A stretch of 64,000 nucleotides of DNA from Patescibacteria group bacterium (GTDB taxonomy: Bacteria; Patescibacteriota; Minisyncoccia; Phycocordibacterales; PALSA-1337). The notes under the pieces were generated by a model. The model was not told where the DNA came from. It ran no database searches and worked only from the letters and a program-made list of their open reading frames with translations. Position numbers and translations under genes: made by a program. Shown here in pieces: positions 51,192 to 60,631 of this stretch. Numbering within the stretch: position 1 is the first letter of the stretch; each line of letters starts with the position of its first letter. The stretch lies in the NCBI GenBank assembly GCA_038065395.1, contig JBBTRB010000006.1, positions 19,493 through 83,492 on the forward strand, given 5' to 3'.

Positions 51192-51363
51192 CAACGAACG
51201 AATGAAATGAGTGAGTAAGGAGGGTAGCAAAGCGCCTGCGCGCTTTGCGTGAGAGATTCGAAAAGGTTGAGCATGTCGCAACAAGTCCTGAGCCTTTCGA
51301 AGGACGAAGTGAGACGCGAAACCTGTACAGAGTCTGTAAGACTCGAATCTCTCACCCTCCGCA
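51192..51363 (+). repeat. 170-bp tRNA-linked element with duplicated tRNA-Ser(GGA) 3' end
   Basis: 21-bp direct repeat tcgaatctctcaccctccgca at 51173-51193 and 51343-51363; interior homologous to the reverse complement of 13149-13325. Confidence 0.85.
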
Positions 51364-51386
51364 TTAAAATACGCTATACTACACCC

Positions 51387-51788
51387 ATGAAAAAATACAT
51401 CACCATCATCCTTAAAGTAGTTTTTAGCCTTATCCTGCTCATGCCGATCCTGGGTATGACAGGCATCTTCCCTGACCCGACAGCAGACATGTACAACACT
51501 CCTGCGGCATTTGCCTTCATTGAGATGCTCATAGCCGCAGGATATATCAACATCATCATGGGCGTTGTTTCTTTGATCTCCCTGATCTTCCTCTGGACAC
51601 GTCGCACTGCCGCAGCAGCACTCCTCATGATACCGATCACGCTCAACATCGTCAGTTTCCATGCACTCATCGACGGTGGACCGTTCACCAGTGGCGCCCT
51701 CATGGGAAATGTATTCTTCTTGATCAATATTTACTTCCTCTGGCAAAACAAGGAGGTATACAAAACTCTGTTGGAAAAGAGAGGTTAG
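51387..51788 (+). CDS. DoxX-like membrane protein
   Basis: Four TM helices, PITLNIVSFH; ATG at 51387 (the track's upstream extension runs through the repeat). Confidence 0.8.
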   Translation: MKKYITIILKVVFSLILLMPILGMTGIFPDPTADMYNTPAAFAFIEMLIAAGYINIIMGVVSLISLIFLWTRRTAAAALLMIPITLNIVSFHALIDGGPFTSGALMGNVFFLINIYFLWQNKEVYKTLLEKRG

Positions 51789-51802
51789 TATATACTACAT
51801 AC

Positions 51803-52222
51803 ATGAAAAACTTCTTCAAAACAAAAGCCTGGCCCGTCATCGCTGGGTTATTGACGGCCTTTATTATCATGATGATATTCGAGTACATCAACTCCCTCAT
51901 CTATCCCCTCCCTACCGATCTTAATATATATGACAACGAAGCCGTAAAAGCGTTCACTGCAAGTCTTCCATGGACTGCATATATCCTGGTATTCCTCGGT
52001 TGGGTAGTCGGTGCATTCAAAGCTGGCTGTGTCACAACCTATCTTGCGAAAGAATCTGCTTACAAACTCTCATTCATCGTTGGTATCATCCTGACCATTC
52101 TCGGCATCATCAATAACATCCTGATTGGTCATGCAATGTTCTTCAACATCATCGGTCTGCCGATGTTCATCGTCTTTACGTATGTAGGACACCGGTACCT
52201 AAGAAAAAAGAAAAGCTTCTAA
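51803..52222 (+). CDS. Hypothetical membrane protein
   Basis: Four TM helices. Confidence 0.75.
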   Translation: MKNFFKTKAWPVIAGLLTAFIIMMIFEYINSLIYPLPTDLNIYDNEAVKAFTASLPWTAYILVFLGWVVGAFKAGCVTTYLAKESAYKLSFIVGIILTILGIINNILIGHAMFFNIIGLPMFIVFTYVGHRYLRKKKSF

Positions 52223-52224
52223 CT

Positions 52225-53274
52225 TTATTTATTTGCCACCTCGAACTCCCCCGTGGTTCGAATAGCCGCAGCGATATTTGTATCCAGATCCGCACCCACG
52301 ACAGTATCCAACACCCGACCTCGTGCAGCATCGACAGCAACACTGACCTGACCTTTGGCGATCGCTACAGGAACCAGCTTGAAATGCGTACTGTCAGTGC
52401 CCCATTCTATATCCACCAACAGTCCATGCATCGTAGCAAATGAAAAATTCTGATCGAAGACGAAGTTGCCCAGGGAATAAAAAATAGCTTTGCCTTTGTA
52501 GATCTCTACGGGCTGTACCACGTGAGGGTGCGCACCGATAACGAGATCGGCACCAGCATCGATGAAGCTCTGTCCGAGAGTGCGCTGTCGCGTACTCGGC
52601 ACATGTGTGTACTCGCTACCCCAGTGTACAAAGACGACCACGCGCGAACAGGTCGGACGTATCGTCTCGATCTCTCGCAATACTCCTGTCGGGTCTGGCG
52701 AGAAGAGGTCATGATATCCGACCATACAAAATGCCTCATGTTTGATCGGAATAACCGTCGAAAGTTCTTTGCTATTGAGAGCTGAGCCGAACGTCAGAAT
52801 GTCAGCGGCGTGTATATACTCGCGAGTCTCTGTGTCAGCAGTGTGACCAAAATCCAAACTATGGTTGTTGGCGAGACTGACTGCAGTGAAGCCTGCCTGC
52901 TTGAGGATAGGAGCGAATGACGGATCGAAGGTGAACCGCAATGTCGACGATCCAGGAATGGCGATCGAAGTGCGCGTACTCATAGTACCCTCGAGGTTGC
53001 CGATAACGGCATCAGCACCTTGGAACAACGAAGTGACTCCTGCGAAGACATTTTCCCTGCCCCGCGTGCGTGCCTCACGTGCAACGGCACGATCGAGCAT
53101 AATGTCACCAACGAAGACCGTTCGGATGGATTCACTCTCTGACCAAGATCGGAAAACGACTCGCGGTATCTCGAACGAAAGTGATGCGCGATGTTCTCCG
53201 AGATGCGACGCGACAGACAACACTCCGAGAGCAATGACGCTCAGTATGACTATGTACACAAGATATCGGAACAT
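52225..53274 (-). CDS. CapA-family (poly-gamma-glutamate synthesis-like) metallophosphatase
   Basis: GDIMLDR, GNLEG, SLANNHSLDFG, HWGSEY, GAHPHVVQ, YSLGNFVFD. Confidence 0.93.
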   Translation of the reverse strand: MFRYLVYIVILSVIALGVLSVASHLGEHRASLSFEIPRVVFRSWSESESIRTVFVGDIMLDRAVAREARTRGRENVFAGVTSLFQGADAVIGNLEGTMSTRTSIAIPGSSTLRFTFDPSFAPILKQAGFTAVSLANNHSLDFGHTADTETREYIHAADILTFGSALNSKELSTVIPIKHEAFCMVGYHDLFSPDPTGVLREIETIRPTCSRVVVFVHWGSEYTHVPSTRQRTLGQSFIDAGADLVIGAHPHVVQPVEIYKGKAIFYSLGNFVFDQNFSFATMHGLLVDIEWGTDSTHFKLVPVAIAKGQVSVAVDAARGRVLDTVVGADLDTNIAAAIRTTGEFEVANK

Positions 53275-53303
53275 GACGGAAATTATTACACGAGCAGATT
53301 ACA

Positions 53304-53328
53304 AAGCAGATGGAGATTGTAGGCTAGC
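53304..53328. repeat. Degenerate half copy of dispersed palindromic element
   Basis: aagcagatggagattgtaggctagc, 2 mismatches to the other copies; overlaps the htpX stop codon. Confidence 0.75.
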
Positions 53329-54208
53329 GAATTCGCAACGCAGCAACCCTCTCGGCAACCGGTGGATGAGTCATGAAGAGTTTGCTGACCCCTTTGGCAG
53401 CAGAAGCACCAAAAGGGTTGGAGATGAAGAGGTGCGCAGTGGCATTGTGAGCGGCCGCCATCGGTTGCGTATATCCACTGATCTTGGTGAGTGCCGAAGC
53501 CAGACCTTCTGGATACCGCGTCAGGAGCGCGCCACTGGCATCTGCCAGGAATTCCCTTTTGCGGGAGATGGCGAGCTTGAGGAGTTGAGCTATGATCGGA
53601 GAAAGTATGATGAATATGATACCAACGATCATCAATATATTCCCTACATTACCCTCACTTTTGCGATCTCGGTGCCATGATGTGCGAATGAATATATCCG
53701 AGATCAATGCGACGAAACCAACCAAAACCACCACGACCGTCTGCAGGAGAATGTCTCTATTGCCGATATGAGCGAGTTCGTGTGCGATCACTCCATCGAG
53801 TTCATTGCGATCCAGGATCGCCAGAAGTCCAGTAGTCACTGCTACCGCAGCATGCTCTTTGTCTCGACCAGTGGCAAAGGCATTGGGTGCCGTGTCCTCG
53901 ATGATGTACACCTTCGGCATCGGCAGTCCCGCAGTGATCGAGAGATTCTCTACACTCCTGAAGAGGTCCGGGTATTGTGCACGATCAGCAACATGAGCCC
54001 GTGCGAGCGACAACGCGATCTTGTCGGAATACCAATAACTAAACACGTTCATGAGGAGTGCGAAGATGAATGCGATATAGAGAATACTCGGGTTACTGTA
54101 GTAGTAACTGACAAAATATCCGAGCGCTGCGATAATACACAAAAACATGGCCATGAGGAACCATGTCTTGCGCACATTTGTGTCTTGATGTGTGTAGAGT
54201 GTTGCCAT
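53324..54208 (-). CDS. htpX: M48 zinc metalloprotease HtpX
   Basis: PNAFATG, HELAH, SRKREFLAD, THPP. Confidence 0.95.
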   Translation of the reverse strand: MATLYTHQDTNVRKTWFLMAMFLCIIAALGYFVSYYYSNPSILYIAFIFALLMNVFSYWYSDKIALSLARAHVADRAQYPDLFRSVENLSITAGLPMPKVYIIEDTAPNAFATGRDKEHAAVAVTTGLLAILDRNELDGVIAHELAHIGNRDILLQTVVVVLVGFVALISDIFIRTSWHRDRKSEGNVGNILMIVGIIFIILSPIIAQLLKLAISRKREFLADASGALLTRYPEGLASALTKISGYTQPMAAAHNATAHLFISNPFGASAAKGVSKLFMTHPPVAERVAALRIR

Positions 54209-54753
54209 TAGAACTTCACCTCGACAGGATTCTTTGCGGCTTCTTCTTCAAGCTGGAAGAAATCCATGGCTGCAAATCGGAACATGCCTGCGATAATATT
54301 GTTCGGGAAAACCTGGATCTGAGTATTGAGATCTCGTACGTTGCCGTTGTAGAAACGGCGAGCGGCCTGGATCTTGTTCTCAGTATCCGAGAGCTCAGTC
54401 TGAAGTGCGAGGAAATTCTGATTGGCCTTGAGTTCTGGGTATGCTTCGGCGATCGCAAAGACTGACTTGAGAGCTCCGGTGAGCATATTTTCTGCTTCAC
54501 CCTTGGATGCAAGGTTGCCTGCCCCCATAGCGGCAGCACGAGCCTGGGTTACCTTTTCGAAAGCTTGAGACTCGTGTGTAGCATAGCCTTTGACCGTATT
54601 GACGAGGTTCGGGATCAGATCATAACGACGCTTGAGCTGAACATCGATATCTGCCCATGCTTCTTTGGCACGGTTGACGGTACGAATAAGACCGTTATAT
54701 GCGAAGACGATCCAGAGAACAATGACGGCTATGATTCCAAGGATGATAAACAT
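54208..54753 (-). CDS. lemA: LemA family protein
   Basis: QLKRRYDLIPNLV, EAYPELKANQNF, ARRFYN. Confidence 0.96.
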   Translation of the reverse strand: MFIILGIIAVIVLWIVFAYNGLIRTVNRAKEAWADIDVQLKRRYDLIPNLVNTVKGYATHESQAFEKVTQARAAAMGAGNLASKGEAENMLTGALKSVFAIAEAYPELKANQNFLALQTELSDTENKIQAARRFYNGNVRDLNTQIQVFPNNIIAGMFRFAAMDFFQLEEEAAKNPVEVKF

Positions 54754-54764
54754 GTATGTTTGTA

Positions 54765-55460
54765 TTACGGCTTCTTAGGGGTAGTTGTTGATGGAGAAAC
54801 TACTGGTGCTGGAGCTTTGACTTTGGACTCATCGACCCCCTGTGGACCAGCCACGAACGTGAAGGACTTTACCATGTTAGTAAATGCAGTGTCAGAAGTT
54901 GCAATCAAAGCTTTGTTGTTGTTCTCGGCTTGAGTAGCGTTGGAGCCAGTGAGCTTCTTACTCTCAGGACTGAGTGTGATAGAGGCGAATGAGAACATGT
55001 AGCATACTTCACCCTTCTGGAGAGAGTACATACGGTTGTAATATCCGCGACCCTGGACAGTGTTCGACATCGAAATGGTGTTGAAATTCAATTCACCTAC
55101 CTTGATAGTGCCACGGTCCTTGGCAGTGGTGACTGGCGGGAATGCACAGGTACCAGAGACAGCCTGGATAGTCGCCTGGAGTGTACCGACAGTAGAAACC
55201 TGATCTTTGTCTATAGGAATAATGAAGGTGACGCCAGAGTTGGTCTCTTCATTCTGCCAGATACTTGGGTATTTGACTGCAAAGCCAAGCTCTGCGTTCT
55301 TGTATTCAGATAGAGTACTGGAAACCTTGACGACTTCACTAACTGATGGAGTACTGGTGCCATTACGATCACGGTCAGAACGTGAGGTTGTACCCTTGCC
55401 CATCCATACAACTCCCCCGATAACTACAACTGCGATAACAACGAGTAATATTTTCTTCAT
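54765..55460 (-). CDS. Membrane-anchored hypothetical protein (PsbP-like fold possible)
   Basis: MKKILL TM anchor; Y.N.ELGF.VKYP..W; ends with M.KSFTF. Confidence 0.7.
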   Translation of the reverse strand: MKKILLVVIAVVVIGGVVWMGKGTTSRSDRDRNGTSTPSVSEVVKVSSTLSEYKNAELGFAVKYPSIWQNEETNSGVTFIIPIDKDQVSTVGTLQATIQAVSGTCAFPPVTTAKDRGTIKVGELNFNTISMSNTVQGRGYYNRMYSLQKGEVCYMFSFASITLSPESKKLTGSNATQAENNNKALIATSDTAFTNMVKSFTFVAGPQGVDESKVKAPAPVVSPSTTTPKKP

Positions 55461-55512
55461 AGAATAAGCTAATTTGCTAATAAATAATATGGGTACTATA
55501 CCAAAATAAGCC

Positions 55513-57156
55513 CTAGAAGTCACCACCTCCCATACCAGGATGAGTTGCGCCCCCTTTTTCTTCTTTTGGCTCTTCGGCGATCGCGACTTCGGTCGTCAGG
55601 AGTATGGCGGCGGCCGAACAGGCATTTTCGACACCGAGGCGAGTGACTTTGACCGGGTCGACGATACCCGCACCTATCATATCTGGAATATCCTTATCGA
55701 GGAGCGCATCGTAGCCGAGATTACCTTTGCCATTTCGGACTCTCTCTACAACGACCGATCCGTCATCCTTGCCAGCATTGATGATGATCTGACGTAACGG
55801 AGCCTCGAGTGCTTTGAGTACAATCTTGTAGCCGAGCTCCTGCTCTTTGGTGAGATGTTTCTTGGTAAGGTGTGACTTTTCGACATCATGCGCTGCGCGA
55901 ATGAGCGCAACCCCTCCACCAGCGACGATCCCCTCTTCGATAGCAGCCTTAGTAGCATTGACCGCGTCTTCAATTTTGAGTTTGAGATATTTCATCTCGG
56001 TTTCTGTGGCGGCACCGACACGGATGACTGCAACACCGCCAGAAAGCTTTGCGATACGCTTGTCATACTGCTCTTTCTCATACTTTGCGTCGGTAGCGTC
56101 ACGCTGGGACTTGATCTGTTGTACGCGCTCTGCGATGTCTTCTTTCTTGCCTTTGCCGCCGACGATGACCGTGGCGTCTTTGGTTGATATAACTTTGCGC
56201 GCCTTGCCGAGGACGGTCAGACTAGCCGTTTCGAAGGTCATTCCGACATCTTCGGTGATGACGGTGGCACCGACGGTGACTGCAATATCCTGTAGCATCT
56301 CCTTTTTGCGATCTCCGTAGCCTGGAGCTTTGATACCGAGAACATGGAATGCTCCACGGATTTTGTTGAGTACAAATGTGGTCAGAGCTTCACCGTCTAT
56401 ATCATCAGCGATAATAACGAGGTCTTTCTTGCCAGTTGCTGCGAGCTGTTCGAGAAGTGGCAAGATCTCCTTGATGGTCGAGATCTTCTTGTCAGTGATG
56501 AGGATGGCAGGATCTTTGAGTTCTGCTTCCATGCGTTCTGGGTTGGTGATCATGTACGCAGAGATGTAGCCCTTGTCGAATTCTATTCCTTCGACGATCT
56601 CTGATTCGAGACTGGTGGTTTGCGACTCCTCGACCGTGACGACACCGTCTTTGCCAACTTTCTTGATGGTATCGGCGATGATCGCGCCGAGCTCCGTAGA
56701 CTCAGCGGAGATAGTTGCAACCTGTTTGATCTCTTCATCTGTCTTGATCGGCTTGGCGATCGACTTGAGCGCAGCGACTATATCTTTTGAAGCCATCTCA
56801 ATACCAGACTTCACCCCCATAGCGTTGACGCCCATGGTGGTATGTTTCATCCCTTCGGTAATGATCGCCTGGGTCAGAACGGTGGCAGTGGTTGTACCAT
56901 CACCTGCGCCGTCGTTGGTGCGAGATGCCACTTCTTTGATGATCTCGGCGCCCATGTTCTCGAATTTGTCTTTGAGGACGATCTCCTTTGCGATCGAAAC
57001 ACCATCGTTGGTGATGGTCGGTGAACCATAGCCTTTGTCGAGGACTACGTTGCGTCCACGTGGACCGATGGTGATCTTGACGGCATTGGCGACTGCATCA
57101 ACACCGCGCTTGAGAGCTTTACGTGCTTCTTCGTTGTAGAGGATTTGTTTTGCCAT
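55513..57156 (-). CDS. groL: Chaperonin GroEL
   Basis: GPRGRNV, GDGTTTAT, GGG, GIVDPVKV. Confidence 0.99.
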   Translation of the reverse strand: MAKQILYNEEARKALKRGVDAVANAVKITIGPRGRNVVLDKGYGSPTITNDGVSIAKEIVLKDKFENMGAEIIKEVASRTNDGAGDGTTTATVLTQAIITEGMKHTTMGVNAMGVKSGIEMASKDIVAALKSIAKPIKTDEEIKQVATISAESTELGAIIADTIKKVGKDGVVTVEESQTTSLESEIVEGIEFDKGYISAYMITNPERMEAELKDPAILITDKKISTIKEILPLLEQLAATGKKDLVIIADDIDGEALTTFVLNKIRGAFHVLGIKAPGYGDRKKEMLQDIAVTVGATVITEDVGMTFETASLTVLGKARKVISTKDATVIVGGKGKKEDIAERVQQIKSQRDATDAKYEKEQYDKRIAKLSGGVAVIRVGAATETEMKYLKLKIEDAVNATKAAIEEGIVAGGGVALIRAAHDVEKSHLTKKHLTKEQELGYKIVLKALEAPLRQIIINAGKDDGSVVVERVRNGKGNLGYDALLDKDIPDMIGAGIVDPVKVTRLGVENACSAAAILLTTEVAIAEEPKEEKGGATHPGMGGGDF

Positions 57157-57168
57157 ATGTATGAGGAA

Positions 57169-57474
57169 TTACTTGATAATCGCCAAAATCTCACTTTCGC
57201 GAACGAGATAATATTCTTCATCGCCAACCTTGATCTTGTCGCCCCATTGGAACAACACTTTGTCGCCGACTTTGACGGCCACGGCGATCTTCTTGCCTTC
57301 TTCTGTTCTGCCAGGGCCGACCGCTACAACCTCGCCACTCTTGCTGCCTTTGTCCTCACTGACGGTCATCGGGATAATGATGCCAGAAGAGGTCTTTTTC
57401 TCTTTGCTATCGACACTCTCTCTGATCAGGACTCGGTCATACAACGGTTGAACCTTTTTGGAAATGTCTTTCAT
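57169..57474 (-). CDS. groS: Co-chaperonin GroES
   Basis: PLYDRVLI, SGIIIP, VVAVGPG, ESEILAII. Confidence 0.97.
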   Translation of the reverse strand: MKDISKKVQPLYDRVLIRESVDSKEKKTSSGIIIPMTVSEDKGSKSGEVVAVGPGRTEEGKKIAVAVKVGDKVLFQWGDKIKVGDEEYYLVRESEILAIIK

Positions 57475-57652
57475 ATATGTATATCTTTATATAAATTAGA
57501 ACTGATAAAATCGACGCAAACACTAGAAAACGTGTGGGTGTAATTATAGTCATATAGACCAAAGGAGCAACTTGACTCACCTTCTGATTAGTGGCAATCT
57601 GTACCCAGACAAAAACCCGTTGGACGAGTTGTCCGACATAACGAAAGGTTCT

Positions 57653-58417
57653 ATGAAAAAGAAAAACGTCGATCTAACCATTACCCCCAGACAGTTGCTT
57701 TACTTGTTGCAGAGTGACTGCTTTGATCCACAGCTCGTCAAAAATTATGAGATCAACTCTTTCAATGGGGGTGATTCCGGAAAATATGCCGATCTCGGAT
57801 TATTTTTGGAGGGACGTTTCGAGGAGCTACGAGAGATCCACAAAATCTTCTGGACCACCTTGGCTTTCCTTCTAACCAACCTCACCATATTAACCACCAC
57901 TCTTCTCCTTACCTCAAATACATCGTTCACTTGGGCGCATAAGTGGACCACGGGAGTTACGGGTATCTTTGGCCTCGCTTCTGTTTTCGCTATGCTCATA
58001 GCGTTGCACAGAAAAAAGGGAGTGGACAGTGAGCTCATCGATATCGCCACCGATTTCAGTACGCTGATGAAAATCTCCGAAATGGATCTCAAACACTTCC
58101 TGAACGCGTCGTACGATGAACTAAGAGATCATCTTACGCGTAAAATGCACCATCTAGGTGACCATCTCGATGACACTGAAGTTGGCCTCGGTTTCACGAA
58201 TGATCAGTCAAATATTCTGCGAGAACGCTTGGTCTATTATTGTGAAGTTCTTACCAAATTTTGCTTTAAGACCAACCCACGGATGCATTACCACGTCAGG
58301 CAAATTGGTCTCGTCCGCTCTACCCAGGAAGTCCTCTCCGGTCGAGAAAGTGGTCAGATGCAACCAGGCGCCAAACCAGGGAGTGGCAGTGGTGGTGGCC
58401 TTACTGTCGAGATCTGA
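57653..58417 (+). CDS. Two-TM hypothetical protein (ORFan cassette)
   Basis: GAAAGGT RBS before ATG 57653, TTGACT at 57572, terminator at 58437-58473. Confidence 0.65.
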   Translation: MKKKNVDLTITPRQLLYLLQSDCFDPQLVKNYEINSFNGGDSGKYADLGLFLEGRFEELREIHKIFWTTLAFLLTNLTILTTTLLLTSNTSFTWAHKWTTGVTGIFGLASVFAMLIALHRKKGVDSELIDIATDFSTLMKISEMDLKHFLNASYDELRDHLTRKMHHLGDHLDDTEVGLGFTNDQSNILRERLVYYCEVLTKFCFKTNPRMHYHVRQIGLVRSTQEVLSGRESGQMQPGAKPGSGSGGGLTVEI

Positions 58418-58436
58418 TCCAACGCGTTTTCCCCTT

Positions 58437-58473
58437 TCCCCGTTCCGAACATCGGAGCGGGGATTTTTTATTT
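58437..58473 (+). terminator. Intrinsic terminator
   Basis: tccccgttccga-aca-tcggagcgggga followed by T6. Confidence 0.8.
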
Positions 58474-58536
58474 CCCTAGGGTAGACCTAGGGGCAACGAG
58501 TTGCATCCTCTCCCCGATATGTTATAGTACCTCCAC

Positions 58537-58758
58537 ATGAAGTCCCTCCTCCCGTACATCCAGATCATTCTGTCCGTGCTTCTTGTTGCAGCCATTCTTC
58601 TCCAGAGGACTGGTGCTCAGGTAGGCGGTGCATTCGGAGGAAGTGATAACTTCAGCTCGGCATTCCATACACGCCGTGGATTCGAAAAGGTACTCTTTAT
58701 AGTGACGATCATTATCGCTATTCTGTTTGCTCTATCAGCACTCGTGAACCTTATTTAA
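58537..58758 (+). CDS. secG: Preprotein translocase subunit SecG
   Basis: ILLQ..GA..GGAFGG...TRRG.EK.L. Confidence 0.93.
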   Translation: MKSLLPYIQIILSVLLVAAILLQRTGAQVGGAFGGSDNFSSAFHTRRGFEKVLFIVTIIIAILFALSALVNLI

Positions 58759-58834
58759 TACGATTTAGGATTTAAGATTTAAGAATCGGGCAGATACTGT
58801 CATTCTTAAATCGTAAATCTTACATCTTAAATCT
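58759..58834. repeat. Inverted arrays of 7-bp repeats
   Basis: gatttag-gatttaa-gatttaa facing ttaaatc-gtaaatc-ttacatc-ttaaatc. Confidence 0.75.
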
Positions 58835-58849
58835 CCTCCAATTTCTTCC

Positions 58850-60598
58850 GTGACCGACTCACAACCTCCACAAGAATTCCGTTTGAAACGAAGTTCATCA
58901 ATACTCGGTATTCTCCGTTCATTCTCCGCAACCGAAAAGGCACTTTTTGGCTTTTTCGCAGTGGTTATGCTCGTATCGACTATCTATATGTTCTCACGAG
59001 CGAACATGTATTTCCTGACGGAGATACCTGCATCTGGCGGCTCTTTCCATGAAGGCATGGTCGGCTTGCCACGTACGATCAACCCTGTCCTTGCCATCAG
59101 TGATGTAGATCGCGATATCGCCTCGCTCGTATATGCAGGCCTCATGAAATATGACAAGGATGCCCTCGTCCCCGATCTCGCCAAAGAATACAAAGTCTCT
59201 GACGACGGCCTCACCTACACATTCACCCTTCGAACTGACATCTTCTTCCATGACGGTAGTCCACTCACTGCGGATGACATCATCTTTACTATCCAGAAGA
59301 TCCAGGACCCAGTACTCAAGAGCCCTCGCCGACCAGACTGGACTGACGTGACAGTGAATCGTATTTCTCCTGCAGAGATACAGTTCATCCTCAAACAGCC
59401 CTACGCGCCATTCCTCTCCAACACCACTCTCGGCATACTCCCCAAGCATATCTGGGGCAATCTCACCGAAAATGAGTTTATTTTCAATAATCACAATACC
59501 GAACCTGTCGGCGCTGGTCCCTACAAAGTCGCCGGAGTATCCGAAGACTCTGAGTCTATACCGACCCAATACACACTCTCGACCTGGCGCAAATATCACG
59601 GAGATGCACCGTTCATAGACTCGATCTATGTGACATTCTTCTCTGATGAAGCCAACGCTCTGGATGCACTCAAGAATGGCAACATCGACAGTCTGTCTTC
59701 GATCTCAGCAACAGGGGCAGCAACTCTCGAATCAGGCTCAACCGACGAGCATTACTCGGTACTCTCTTCGCCTTTGCCTCGTATATTCGGAGTCTTCTTT
59801 AACCAGAACAACAACCCTGTTCTCGCCGACAAGATCGTACGCCGCGCACTCAACATGAGTATAGATAGACAGACGATCGTCGATGCCGTCCTCTTTGGAT
59901 ATGGCACACCGATCCAGAGCCCTCTACCACTCGAACAGTCATCCATACGAGCTACGACTGGAACCTCTTCCGATGTAGTCGCGGCCATGGAACTACTCGA
60001 ACGGAACGACTGGAAGAAAGGCGAGGATGGTATATACCAGGTCAAGACAAAAACCTCAACCCAGAGACTTGCATTCACTCTCTATACTGCCGACACTCCT
60101 GACCTCAAAGAGACCGCCAACCTCCTCAAGGACTCTTGGCTCAAGCTCGGTGTAGATGTAGAGGTCAAAGTATTCGAACCGAACGATCTCTATCAGAATA
60201 TTATCCGCACTCGCAAATATGACGCTCTCCTTTTCGGAGAACATATCGGCAAGGATCGAGATCTCTATGCATTCTGGCACTCATCCCAGCGCACAGCCCC
60301 CGGCCTGAACGTCTCGATGTATACCAATAGCAAAGCCGACACTCTCCTCGAAGAGATCCGTACGACTCGCGACGAGACTCTCCGATCCAAGAAGTACAAG
60401 GAGTTCGAAGAGTTGATCGCGACAGACATCCCCGCACTCTTCTTGTATTCTCCGGATTTTATCTACGCAGTACCCACCAAGATCCATGCGATCAATCTCG
60501 GTGACATCAGTGTCCCGACCGACCGCTGGAACTCGATACGCTCCTGGTATATCACCACCGAGAAAGTATGGGAGTGGTTCGCGAGAATAGAGTCATAA
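58850..60598 (+). CDS. Peptide/nickel ABC transporter substrate-binding protein (SBP family 5)
   Basis: PDLA..Y.VSDDGLTYTFTLR...FHDG.PLTADD..FT, PVGAGPY. Confidence 0.92.
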   Translation: MTDSQPPQEFRLKRSSSILGILRSFSATEKALFGFFAVVMLVSTIYMFSRANMYFLTEIPASGGSFHEGMVGLPRTINPVLAISDVDRDIASLVYAGLMKYDKDALVPDLAKEYKVSDDGLTYTFTLRTDIFFHDGSPLTADDIIFTIQKIQDPVLKSPRRPDWTDVTVNRISPAEIQFILKQPYAPFLSNTTLGILPKHIWGNLTENEFIFNNHNTEPVGAGPYKVAGVSEDSESIPTQYTLSTWRKYHGDAPFIDSIYVTFFSDEANALDALKNGNIDSLSSISATGAATLESGSTDEHYSVLSSPLPRIFGVFFNQNNNPVLADKIVRRALNMSIDRQTIVDAVLFGYGTPIQSPLPLEQSSIRATTGTSSDVVAAMELLERNDWKKGEDGIYQVKTKTSTQRLAFTLYTADTPDLKETANLLKDSWLKLGVDVEVKVFEPNDLYQNIIRTRKYDALLFGEHIGKDRDLYAFWHSSQRTAPGLNVSMYTNSKADTLLEEIRTTRDETLRSKKYKEFEELIATDIPALFLYSPDFIYAVPTKIHAINLGDISVPTDRWNSIRSWYITTEKVWEWFARIES

Positions 60599-60631
60599 CA
60601 AAAACTTATTTAATTAATCTTATACATCATC

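Noticed and set aside
57475-57570. CIRCE operator upstream of groES
   Set aside because: TTAGCACTC-N9-GAGTGCTAA is not present.
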